DNA of 64,000 bases from Reclinomonas americana ATCC 50394 (lineage: Eukaryota). Shown here piece by piece: positions 11,876-23,415 of the stretch. A program made the position numbers and the translations under genes. The notes beneath the pieces were generated by a model, which saw nothing but the letters and a program-made list of their open reading frames with translations, did not search any database and had not been told where the DNA came from. The first letter of the stretch is position 1, and every line of letters starts with the position of its first letter. Location of the stretch: the NCBI GenBank assembly GCA_048213135.1, contig PS015122.1, forward strand, positions 65,381 through 129,380, written 5' to 3'.

Positions 11876-13556
11876 CTATCTTTCATGATCATCACCGATC
11901 GCGAGTGCAACTCCTCCGGATCCGGATCCTGCAAGCACGAGCTGTATCCTCCTTCCCACCTCACCCGGAACCCCCCACTCGCTGTCGAGCCCCGCACGTC
12001 GTTGCGTCTGCGCCACCAATCGCGCCGCCGATTCACCGTCAAATGTCACCGACGCGCCTTGCCACAGACGAGCAAAGTGCTCGGCGCCCCACGTGTTGCG
12101 ACCGTGGTACATGTACGTGTACAGCACCGGTGTGTCGATCACCAGCACGGCGCTCTGCTTCAACAACTGCTCCACGGCGGCCATGTCCTCGCTGCGGTTC
12201 AGCGAGGGGTATGCGGGCATGTGCGAACGCAAGCACAGCAGCGAGTTCTCCCAGGGGCGGTTGAAGGTCACATACAGTGAGGGCGACACGTGAGGCTGTG
12301 CGAGCTGCTGGCGCCGTATAAAACAGGCCACTGCTGGTGCGCCCTCCTTCGGGCCTCGGTCACTGTTCACCGCCAGCAGCGAGAACAGTTGCACGTGGAT
12401 GCGGTCTCGACTATACACATCGTCGTCGTCCCACACCATCACGTAATCGCCCGAGGCCTCGCGCACCGACAGGTTGCGCATGTCGCCAAGTGTCTGCGAC
12501 TCGGCGTCTGTCATTACCACAACCCGGATGCCAGCTTGTCGTTGCAGCTCATCGTCACCGACCACCACCTCCAACACTCGTCGCAGGCCAGGCGCACTTT
12601 CGTGCGAGGCCACAATCAGCAGCTCTCGTGCCGCGTACGACTGCTGCGTGTACATGTAGATGGCGCGTGCCGCAAACGCCAGTCGCTCCGGGCGCGACGA
12701 GATCATCAGACAGGAGACACGCGGCTGTACGCTGTCGTCTCGGCCGTCGTCGGTTGCACTTGCAATCGTTGTTGCTGACAACAACGGTGGTGACAAGAGG
12801 CCCGAAGAAGCGACGCGTGAACGCGTGAGTACCGGCGTCACCAGCACAAACGGAATTTTGCTGAGCGCTGCATACGAAGTGAGTCAGCGAAGATCTAGAG
12901 ATAGATCGCAAAGTGAGGAGTGTAAACAAACCATCACCATCATCGATCAGCTGTGCAAACACCGACATGAGCACACCAGAGAGGCACGTGCGCTGCAGAG
13001 AACACGCACTCACCCACTCTCCAAAGCTCTCCGCCAGCGACGGGCACAACTCGTTCGCTCGCTGCTGCTCCTCGCGCGAAGCCAGTGCCCACACACCATT
13101 CTTCGTCTCAAACAAGTTGCTTCCGCGCCGCACATCGGCAGTGGTCACGACGCCGTCCACGCACTTGAAGAGGAGCATGCGTCCAGTCTCTTGGTCCAGG
13201 AAGCACCACAGCCGACCACACGCGCGGAGGGCAGAAGGAAGAGAGTGGTCGGGGCACCAGCAATATCGTCGCTGCGCATGCGCAGCGCAATGCATGTGAG
13301 ATGACGACAAGGGGAAGAGAGAGGGAGAGAGGGAGAGAGGGAGCGACGTGTGTGTGTGTGTGTGCACGCACGCACTTCCTCTCCTGCTGAAGTGAATGCT
13401 GGATACTTGTCTGTGCGTGAATGCATGTGTGAGAGGCCAATTATTGCAAGTGTGAGCTGTGTGCTCCGACAACACAGCATGTTCACCACTGAAACTCAGC
13501 GCACACTGTGCAAGAAGCACGACTGTGATGAGAAGTGCGATGAGATGCTTCCGCAT
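11876..13556 (-). CDS. GT2 glycosyltransferase, array copy 2
   Basis: Same motifs and exon layout; start MRKHLIALLITVVLLAQC; 19-nt microexon at 12932-12950. Confidence 0.9.
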
Positions 13557-13963
13557 ACACAACGACGCAAAAATGCGGACATACTTGACGATTTTTCACA
13601 GTAGACTCCTCGCTGCGTTTCGACAAACAGGGCAACTCAGAACCGACGATTTCGTGACAACAAGCTGCGACTGGTGGTGTATGCAACGCCACCACTTGCA
13701 CACGTGCACAAACACAAGCCTGCATTGAGGTGTAATGGACACTGAACTAGAAGAGAGACTATGCGGGTTTGACTTCGAGATGCATGCATTGGAGCTGTGC
13801 AGTAAGCGAACTTGTGGTGAGTGACCGCACTCCTCCTCCCTTGTGTGGCACGGAGACGGGAAAGTAAGAATGAGATGCATCCGCGCCCTCATTCACCATC
13901 CTCTCCTCGCGCGCCTTCTCTTGCTCGGCTTCCCTGTCCCTCAACACACTGCATGCACGTTTA

Positions 13964-15698
13964 CTATCTTTCTGCAAGCAGCACCCGCTGTATCCTCTCT
14001 CCCACCTCACCCGGAACCCGCCACTCACTGTCGAGACCGGCGCGTCGCTGCGTCTGTGCCACCAGCCGCGCCCCCGACTCGCCGCCAAATGTCACCGACG
14101 AACCGTGCCACAAGCTGTTGAAGTGCTCGTTGCCCCAGGTGTTACGGCCGTGGTACACGTACGTGTACAGCGCTGGCGCGTCGATCACCAACACGGCGCT
14201 CTGTGCCCACAGCTGCTCAGCGACTGCCGCGTCCTCGCTCCGATTCAGCGACGGATAGATCGGCATGTGCGAGCGCAGGCACAGCAGCGAGTTCTCCCAG
14301 CCCTGCCGATTATGGGTCACGTGCAGCGAGGGCGACACGTGAGGCTCCGAGAGTTGCAATCGGCGCAGCATGACAACCACTGCTGGTGCGGCGAGGACGC
14401 CTTCCTGCTGCTGTTGATATTCGTTCACCGCCAACAACGCGGAGAGTTGTACGTGGATGCGATCGCGGTCGTACACATCGTCATCGTCCCACACCATCAC
14501 GTAATCGCCGGTGGCCTCACGCACCGATAGGTTGCGCATGTCGCCAAGTGTCTGCGACTCGGCGTCGGCCATAACCACGACACGGATGCCGGCTTGTTGC
14601 TGCAGCTCGTCGTCGCCCACCACCACCTCCAACACTCGTCGCAAGCCTGGCGCACTCTCGTGCGAGGCCACAATCAGCAGCTCCCGCTTCGGGTACGACT
14701 GTTGCATGTACATGTGTATGGCGCGCGCCGCAAACGCCAGTCGCTGTCGGTGCGACGAGATCATCAGGCAGGAGACATGCGGCGGCTGTTTGTTGTCGGC
14801 ACCCGCCATCGACAGTGGTGGTGTGAGGAAGCCAGAATATGCCGACGCCGGGCCGGTAGGCGTTGGGGCCGACAAGACGTATACGTACGGAATGTTGCTG
14901 AGCGCTGTACGAGGGTCAGCGCATGGTCTTCGACAGGGAGCGTGAATTCTCACACAAACCATGACCGTCGTCGATCAACTGTGTGCGAGAGAGGGGGCAG
15001 CAAGCAAACACGACTTGTGCGGTGAGTACCAGAGACGCATGCATTACAAAGAGTACACACGCACCCACTCTCCAAAACTCTCCGCCAGCAAAGGGCACAA
15101 CTCGCTCGCTCGCAACTGCTCCTCGCGCGACGCCAGTGTCCACACACCATTCTTCGTAACAAACAAAACACTTCATTCACCACATTCCAGTAATGCGACA
15201 AATGTCCACAAATCCCTTGCCGACGATGACCACAACTGATTGCCACGGCGCCGCCTGTCAGCCGCAGTGACATTGCCGTCGACGCACTTGAAGAGAAGCA
15301 TGCGTCCAGTCTCTCGATCCAGGGAGCACCACAGTCGGCCACAAGAACGCAAAGCAGACGGATGAGACTGGTCGGGGCACATGCAATATCGTCGCTGTTT
15401 GCAGCAATGCACGCATTAGGAGGGAGAGTGCATGCGAGAGAGAGAGAGAGAGAGACGAGTGTGTATGCACGCACTTCCTCTCCGGCTGAGGTGAATGCAG
15501 GATACTTGGCTGTGTGTGTGTGAGAGAGAGAGCGAGAGAGAGAGAGAGTGCATGTGAGTGAAACATTGATATCGCAATTGGTTGTGTGTGCACAGCACAG
15601 CACAGCATCCACTCACCACTGAAACTGACCACGTGAGTACACTGTGCGAGAAGCACAACTGCGATGAGAAGCGCACTGAGCAGCAGCGTCTGCCTCAT
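13964..15698 (-). CDS. GT2 glycosyltransferase, array copy 3 (72-nt insertion with an in-frame stop in the Cys-rich exon; possibly disrupted)
   Basis: Catalytic exon is intact; start MRQTLLLSALLIAVVLL; insertion at 15164-15235 is absent from the sister copies. Confidence 0.8.
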
Positions 15699-16093
15699 TG
15701 TGTGCTCACGGCCAATGTGAACGCGTGCTGTTCTTCTTGCGTGACACGACGTGCATGCGTGACCGACGAAGTGGCCGCTGCGAAGTGCACAAAGGCGCGT
15801 GTGGTAGCAAATGAACTCGATGCATCCGCTTGCAAACTGGCTGTACGCACATGTGAACAGCAGTTTGCTCCCAACGTCGAAGTCGATCAATAGCAACAAA
15901 GCGTGCAGCAGTTGGTGCGCATGCGCGCTCCTCATGCACATTCTCAGAAAGACAAACCAACACTATCCTCAACCCCCTCTCTAACTCTATGTGTCCCTCT
16001 CCCCACGAACGCAGGGTGCTCTGTCTTCCGGTATCGATCACGTACTAAAACTGCATGCAGGTTCACTCTTGTGACGTCTACAGCGCAAGCACA

Positions 16094-17704
16094 TCAGGTC
16101 CGCTGTATCCTCTCTCCCATCTCACCCGGAATCGCCCACTCGCGGTCGAGCCCCGCACGTCTCTGCGTCTGTGCCACCAGCCGCGATGCCGACTCACCGC
16201 CAAACGTCACCGACGCGCCTTGCCACAAGCTTGCGAAGTGCTCGTTGCCCCAGGTGTTGCGACCGTGGTACATGTACGTGTACAGCGCTGGCGCGTCGAT
16301 CACCAGCACGGCGCTGTGCGCCCATAGCTGCACAGCGACTGCCGCGTCCTCGCTCCGATTCAGCGACGGGTAGACCGGCATGTGCGAGCGCAAGCACAGC
16401 AGTGAGTTCTCCCATGCATGATTGTGCAGCACGTGCAGCAAGGGTGACACGTGAGGCTGCGAGAGTTGCAATCGGCGCAGCATGACGGCCACTGCTGGTG
16501 CGGCGAAGACGCCTTCCTGCTGCTGGTGATATTCGTTCACCGCCAACAACGAGAACAGTTGTATGTGGATGCGATCGCGGTCGTACACATCGTCGTCGTC
16601 CCACACCATCACGTAATCGCCAGTGGCCTCACGTACGGAGAGGTTGCGCATGTCGCCAAGTGTCTGCGACTCGGCGTCGGCCATAACCACGACACGGATG
16701 CCGGCTTGTTGCTGCTGTCCGAAATCGCCCACCACCACCTCCAGCACGCGCGCCAGGCCTGGTGCACTCTCGTGCGAGGCCACAATCACCAGCTCTCGCG
16801 CCGGGTACGACTGCTGCATGTACATGTGGATGGCACGCGCCGCAAAGGCCAGTCTATCCGGGCGCGACGAGATCATGAGACAGGAGACACGCGGCGGCTG
16901 CAGCTGTTTGTTGCCTACGTCCGCCATCGACGGTGGTGGTGGTGGTGTGAGGAAGCCAGAAGACGCCGTTGCCGGACCGGTAGGTGTCGGAGTGGACAAG
17001 ACGTATGGAATGTTGCTGAGAGCTGCACAGGAGTCATTAGCGCAGGGATAGCAAGAGAGCGGGGGAGTGCGCAAGAGACACAAACCATGACCGTTTTCGA
17101 TCAACTGCGCGAACAATGGCAACAAGCACGACTTGTGCGGTGAGTACCAGAGACGCGCGCATTACCAGGAGTACACACGCACCCACTCTCCAAAGCTCTC
17201 CGCCAGCAAAGGGCACAACTCGCTCGCTCGCAACTGCTCCTCGCGCGACGCCAGTGTCCACACACCATTCTTCGACACAAACTGATTGCCACGGCGCCGT
17301 CTGTCAGCCGCAGTGACATCGCCGTCGACGCACTTGAAGAGAAGTATGCGTCCAGTCTGTTGATCCAGGGAGCACCACAGTCGGCCGCAAGAACGGAAAG
17401 CAGACGGATGAGTTTGGTCGGGGCACATGCAATATCGTCGCTGTTTGCAATGCACGCATTAGGAGGGAGAGTGCATGTGTGTGTGAGAGAGAGAGATGTG
17501 TGTGTGTGTGTGTGTGTGTGTGGATATACGCACTTCCTCTCCTGCAGAGGTGAATCCGGGGTACTTGGCTGTGTGTGTGTGTGTGTGTGAGCAAGTGGCT
17601 TCTGCGCGCTTGTGTGCATCGCGCTCACCACTGAAACTCAGCACATTGATGCACTGTGTGAGAAGCACGAGTGTAATGAGAAGCGCGAGGAGCAGCACTC
17701 GCAT
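16094..17704 (-). CDS. GT2 glycosyltransferase, array copy 4
   Basis: Same motifs; start MRVLLLALLITLVLL; slightly shorter C-terminus (RIQRT*). Confidence 0.9.
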
Positions 17705-17903
17705 GAGTGAAGAAAATATGTCGACGAACTTTTCATACTTTCCATTTCGTGCAATAATGCAAGCTGCTGAGCTTGTTTTAGTACATCATTGGTGAGAAGA
17801 GAAAGCTTGTTGAACAACGTTATCGGACGGCACTGCGACAAGAGGTGCAGCCTGCCTCTCTTTCTCTGCAGGCCAAGTAACACTGGCTGCACATGCACGT
17901 TCA

Positions 17904-19551
17904 CTATCTTTCATCGCCTTTTTCTGCAAGCAGCACCTGCTGTATCCTCTCTCCCACCTCACCCGGAACCCGCCACTCACTGTCGAGTCCAGCACGTCGT
18001 TGCGTCTGTGCCACCAGCCGCGCCGCCGGCTCACCGTCAAACGTCACCGACGCGCCTTGCCACAAGCTTGCGAAGTGCTCGTTGCCCCAGGTGTTACGGC
18101 CGTGGTACATGTACGTGTACAGCGCTGGCGCGTCAATCACCAACACGGCGCTCTGTGCCCACAGCTGCTCAGCGGCTGCCGCGTCCTCGCTCCGATTCAG
18201 CGACGGGTAGACCGGCATGTGCGAGCGCAAGCACAGCAGTGAGTTCTGCCAGCCATGATTGCTGGTAACATGCAGCGAGGATGGCACGTGAAGCTGCGAG
18301 AGTTGCAATCGGCGCAGCATGACGGCCGGTGCTGGTGCGGCGAGGACGCCTTCCTGCTGCTGCTGTTGATATTCGTTCACCGCCAACAGCGCGGAGAGTT
18401 GTATGTGGATGCGATCGCGGTCGTACACATCGTCGTCGTCCCACACCATCACGTAATCGCCGGTGGCCTCACGCACCGATAGGTTGCGCATGTCGCCAAG
18501 TGTCTGCGACTCGGCGTCGGCCATAACCACGACACGGATGCTGGCTTGTTGTTGCTGTCCGAAATCACCCACCACCACCTCCAACATGCGCGCCAGGCCT
18601 GGCGCACTCTCGTGCGAGGCCACAATCACCAGCTCTCGCGCCGGGTACGACTGCTGCGTGTACATGTGGATGGCACGCGCCGCAAAGGCCAGTCTATCCG
18701 GGCGCGACGAGATCATGAGACAGGAGACACGCGGCGGCTGTTTGTTGCCTACGTCCGCCATCGACGGTTGTGGTGGTGGTGTGAAGAAGCCAGAAGATGC
18801 CGACACCGGGACGGTAGGTGTCGGGGTCGACAAGACGTATGGAATGTTGCTGAGAGCTGCACAGGAGTCATTAGCGCAGGGATAGCAAGAGAGCGGGGGA
18901 ATGCGCAAGAGACACAAACCATGACCGTTTTCGATCAGCTGCGCGAACAATGGCAACAAGCACGACTTGTGCGGTGAGTACCAGAGACGCGCGCATTACC
19001 AGGAGTACACACGCACCCACTCTCCAAAGCTCTCCGCCAGCAAAGGGCACAACTCGCTCGCTCGCAACTGCTCCTCGCGCGACGCCAGTGTCCACACACC
19101 ATTCTTCGAAACAAACTGATTGCCACGGCGCCGCCTGTCAGCCGCAGTGACATCGCCGTCGACGCACTTGAAGAGAAGTATGCGTCCAGTCTGTTGATCC
19201 AGGGAGCACCACAGTCGGCCGCAAGAACGGAAAGCAGACGGATGAGTTNNNNNNNNNNNNNNNNNNNNTGGTCGGGGCACATGCAATATCGTCGCTGCGC
19301 AATGCACGCATTAGGAGGGAGAGTGCATGTGTGTGTGTGAGAGAGAGATGGGTGTGTGTGTGTGTGTGGATACACGCACTTCCTCTCCTGCAGAGGTGAA
19401 TCCGGGGTACTTGGCTGTGTGTGTGTGTGTGAGCAAGTGGCTTCTGCGCGCTTGTGTGCATCGCAGCGCGCTCACCACTGAAGCTCAGCACATTGATGCA
19501 CTGTGTGAGAAGCACGAGTGTAATGAGAAGCGCGAGGAGCAGCACTCGCAT
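17904..19551 (-). CDS. GT2 glycosyltransferase, array copy 5
   Basis: Same motifs; 5' half nearly identical to copy 4; WENS is WQNS here; small N gap in the Cys-rich exon. Confidence 0.9.
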
Positions 19552-19867
19552 GAGTGAAGAAAANNNNNNNNNNNNNNNNNNNNNNNNNNNNNNNNNNNNN
19601 NNNNNNNNNNNNNNNNNNNNNNNNNNNNNNNNNNNNNNNNNNNNNNNNNNNNNNNNNNNNNNNNNNNTATGTCGACGAACTTTTTCTGACCGACGTACTT
19701 TCCTCCATTTCGTGCAATAATGCAAGCTGTTGCAGCTTGCTTTAATACATCATTGGTGAGAAGAGAAAGCTTGTTGAGCAAGGTTATCGGACGGCACTGC
19801 GACAAGAGGTGCAGCCTGCCTCTCTTTCTCTGCAGGCCAAGTAACACTGGCTGCACATGCACGTTCA

Positions 19868-21190
19868 CTATCTTTCATCACCGACTCCTGCGAGCACGAG
19901 CTGTATCCTCTTTCCCATCTCGCCCGGAACCGCCCAGTCGCTGTCGAGCCCGGCACGTCGCTGCGTCTGTGCCACCAGCCGCACCGCCGACCCACCGTCA
20001 AATGTCACCGACGAGCCTTGCCACAGGCTCGTAAAGTGTCGACTGTCCCACGTGTTGCGACCGTGGTACATGTACGTGTACAGCGCCGGCGTGTCAATCA
20101 ACAGCACGGTGCTCCGTGCCAACAGCTGCTCCACCGCTCGCCTGTCCTCGTTGCGATTCAGCGAGGCATACACAGGAATGTGTGAACGCAGGCACAGCAG
20201 CGAGTTCTCCCATGCACGATTGTGCAACACATGCAACGAGGGTGTCACGTGAGGCTGCACGAGTTGCAGGCGGTGCAAGATAGAGGCCACGACAGGCGCT
20301 GCTGATGCACCCTCCTTTTGCTCTTGCTCTCGTTTCACCATCAACAGCGAGAACAGTTGCACGACGATCCGATCTCGGTCGTACACATCGTCGTCGTCCC
20401 ACACCATCACGTAATCGCCCGAGGCCTCGCGCACCGATAGGTTGCGCATGTCGCCAAGTGTCTGCGACTCGGCGTCGGCCATAACCACGACACGGATGCT
20501 GGCTTGTTGCTGCTGTCCGAAATCGCCCACCACCACCTCCAGCACGCGCGCCAGGCCTGGTGCACTCTCGTGCGAGGCCACAATCACCAGCTCTCGCGCC
20601 GGGTACGACTGCTGCATGTACACGTGGATGGCACGCGCCGCAAAGGCCAGTCTATCCGGGCGCGACGAGATCATGAGACAGGAGACACGCGGCGGCTGTT
20701 TGTTGCCTACGTCCGCCATGGTGTGAAGAAGCCAGAAGATGCCGACACCGGGACGGTAGGTGTCGGGGTCGACAAGACGTATGGAATGTTGCTGAGAGCT
20801 GCACAGGAGTCATTAGCGCAGGGATAGCAAGAGAGCGGGGGAATGCGCAAGAGACACAAACCATGACCGTTTTCGATCAGCTGCGCGAACAATGGCAACA
20901 AGCACGACTTGTGCGGTGAGTACCAGAGACGCGCGCATTACCAGGAGTACACACGCACCCACTCTCCAAAGCTCTCCGCCAGCAAAGGGCACAACTCGCT
21001 CGCTCGCAACTGCTCCTCGCGCGACGCCAGTGTCCACACACCATTCTTCGAAACAAACTGATTGCCACGGCGCCGCCTGTCGGCTGCAGTGACATCGCCG
21101 TCGACGCACTTGAAGAGAAGTATGCGTCCAGTCTCTCGATCCAGGGAGCACCACAGTCGGCCGCAAGAACGGAAAGCAGACGGATGAGTG
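19868..21190 (-). pseudogene. GT2 array copy 6: chimeric and frameshifted; 5' exons hidden in the N gap at 21191-21210
   Basis: 16-nt deletion at about 20719 relative to copy 5 breaks the frame just upstream of the catalytic domain; 5' half matches copies 4/5 and 3' half matches copy 7. Confidence 0.65.
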
Positions 21191-21401
21191 NNNNNNNNNN
21201 NNNNNNNNNNTGTATGTCGGCGAACTTTTCATCCTTTCCATTTCGTGCAATAATGCAAGCTGCTGCAGTACATCATTGGTGAAGAGAAAGCTTGTTGAGC
21301 AACGTTATCGGACGGCACTGCGACAAGAGGTGCAGCCTGCCTCTCTCTCTCTCTCTCTCTCTGCAGCAGGCCAAGTAACACTGGATGCACACGCACGTTC
21401 A

Positions 21402-22971
21402 CTATCTTTCATCACCGACTCCTGCAAGCACGAGCTGTATCCTCTTTCCCATCTCGCCCGGAACCGCCCAGTCGCTGTCGAGCCCGGCACGTCGCTGCGT
21501 CTGTGCCACCAGCCGCACCGCCGACCCACCGTCAAATGTCACCGACGAGCCTCGCCACAGGCTCGTAAAATGTCGACTGTCCCACGTGTTGCGACCGTGG
21601 TACATGTACGTGTACAGCGCCGGCGCGTCAATCAACAGCACGGTGCTCCGTGCCAACAGTTGCTCCACAGCTCGCCTGTCCTCGTTCCGATTCAGCGAGG
21701 CATACACAGGAATATGTGAACGCAGGCACAGCAGCGAGTTCTCCCATGCACGATTGTGCAACACATGCAACGAGGGTGTCACGTGAGGCTGCACGAGTTG
21801 CAGGCGGTGCAAGATAGAGGCCACGACAGGCGCTGCTGATGCACCCTCCTTTTGCTCTTGCTCTCGTTTCACCATCAACAGCGAGAACAGTTGCACGACG
21901 ATCCGATCTCGGTCGTACACATCGTCGTCGTCCCACACCATCACGTAATCGCCCGAGGCCTCGCGCACAGAGAGGTTGCGCATGTCGCCGAGTGTTCGCG
22001 ACGTGGCGTCTGTCATTTCCACGACGCGGATGCCAGCTTGTCGTTGCAACTCGTGCCTGCCGACCACCACCTCCAGCACTCGTCGCAGACCGCGTGCACT
22101 CTCGTGCGAGGCCACGATCAGCAGCTCGCGCTCCGGGTACGACTGCTGCATGTACATGTAGATGGCGCGCGCCGCAAACGCCAGTCGCTCCGGGCGCGAC
22201 GAGATCATCAGGCAGGAGACACGCGGCAGCACATTGCCGATTTCGTCCGTGATCGACAACTGCGGTGAGAGGAAGCCGCCAGAGGAGGACCTGCCGTTCT
22301 CGTGCGCAGACGCTCGTGCCTCCAACACGTACGGGATGTTGGTGAGTGCTGCACACGAGTCAGCGCGCGTAAAAGACAACACGCAAGCGAGCATGCAAAC
22401 CATGACCATCCTCGATCAACTGACAAGCATGACATGAGAGGCGCACAAAAAGGGGGGTCACTGCACACGCACTCACCCACTCTGCAAAGCTCTCCACCAA
22501 CGAAGGACACAGCTCGCTCACTCGCGCCTGCTCCTCGCGCGAGGCCAGCATCCAATGACCATTTTTCGGCAGAAATCGATTTCCTCGACGCCGCACTTCG
22601 GCCGCTGTCACTGCGCCGGCGACGCACTTGAAGAGAAGCGTGCTTCCACTCTGTCGATCCAGCGCGCACCAACGCGCCTGGCAGGCCCGGACAGCTGCCG
22701 GATCCGGCGGCGATTGGTCTGGGCACCAGCAGAATCGACGCTGTTTACTTTGACGTGAGAGACATGAAGGGAAAGAGAGCGTGCGCATGTGTCTGCGCAT
22801 ACCTCCTCGCCAGTGGACGTGAATGTGTGGTGATTTGCTGTGTGTGTGACAATGAGTTATGATCAGTCTGCGCGTGTGTGTCGCATTGTGTTGCTCACCG
22901 CTGAAGCTCAGCACCACGATGCAGTGTGTGAGGAGCACGACTGTGATGAGCAGCAGCAGCAACACTCGCAT
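21402..22971 (-). CDS. GT2 glycosyltransferase, array copy 7 (most divergent N-terminal part)
   Basis: Start MRVLLLLLITVVLLTHC; RFCWCPDQ..CQARWCALD..FKCVAG..ELCP; intact catalytic exon. Confidence 0.9.
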
Positions 22972-23176
22972 GAGTGAGCGCGCGAGTTTCGTTGACTGGT
23001 GGTCTGACTGTGTGCCTTCAACTCGACGTGGTTGAACTCATGAGCGCGGCTGGTGGTGCAGAGAAGAGAGGGTGAGTTTGTGCGTGTGTCTATGTGTGGA
23101 AGGGGAGAGAGTGAGGGGGAGAGAGCGGGAAAGAGAGAGTTGAGGTGAGTTGAGATGGTGACCAAAGTGCATGAAA

Positions 23177-23208
<32 letters not shown>

Positions 23209-23415
23209 ATGTGTGTATGTCTGTGTGTGTGTTGTGCATGTAAGGAGGGCGAGGTAGGAAAGAGATAGAGAGAGTGGAATGGACAAGTGGCGCCAAATGT
23301 GTATGTGAGTGAGAGACAGAGCGTATTCACCTGCACTCTGCATGTATGCACTGTTGTTTAGCGAGGGATGTAATGTGCATTCATTGACTTTCATCTCGCA
23401 GTGTCAAGCGACGCG

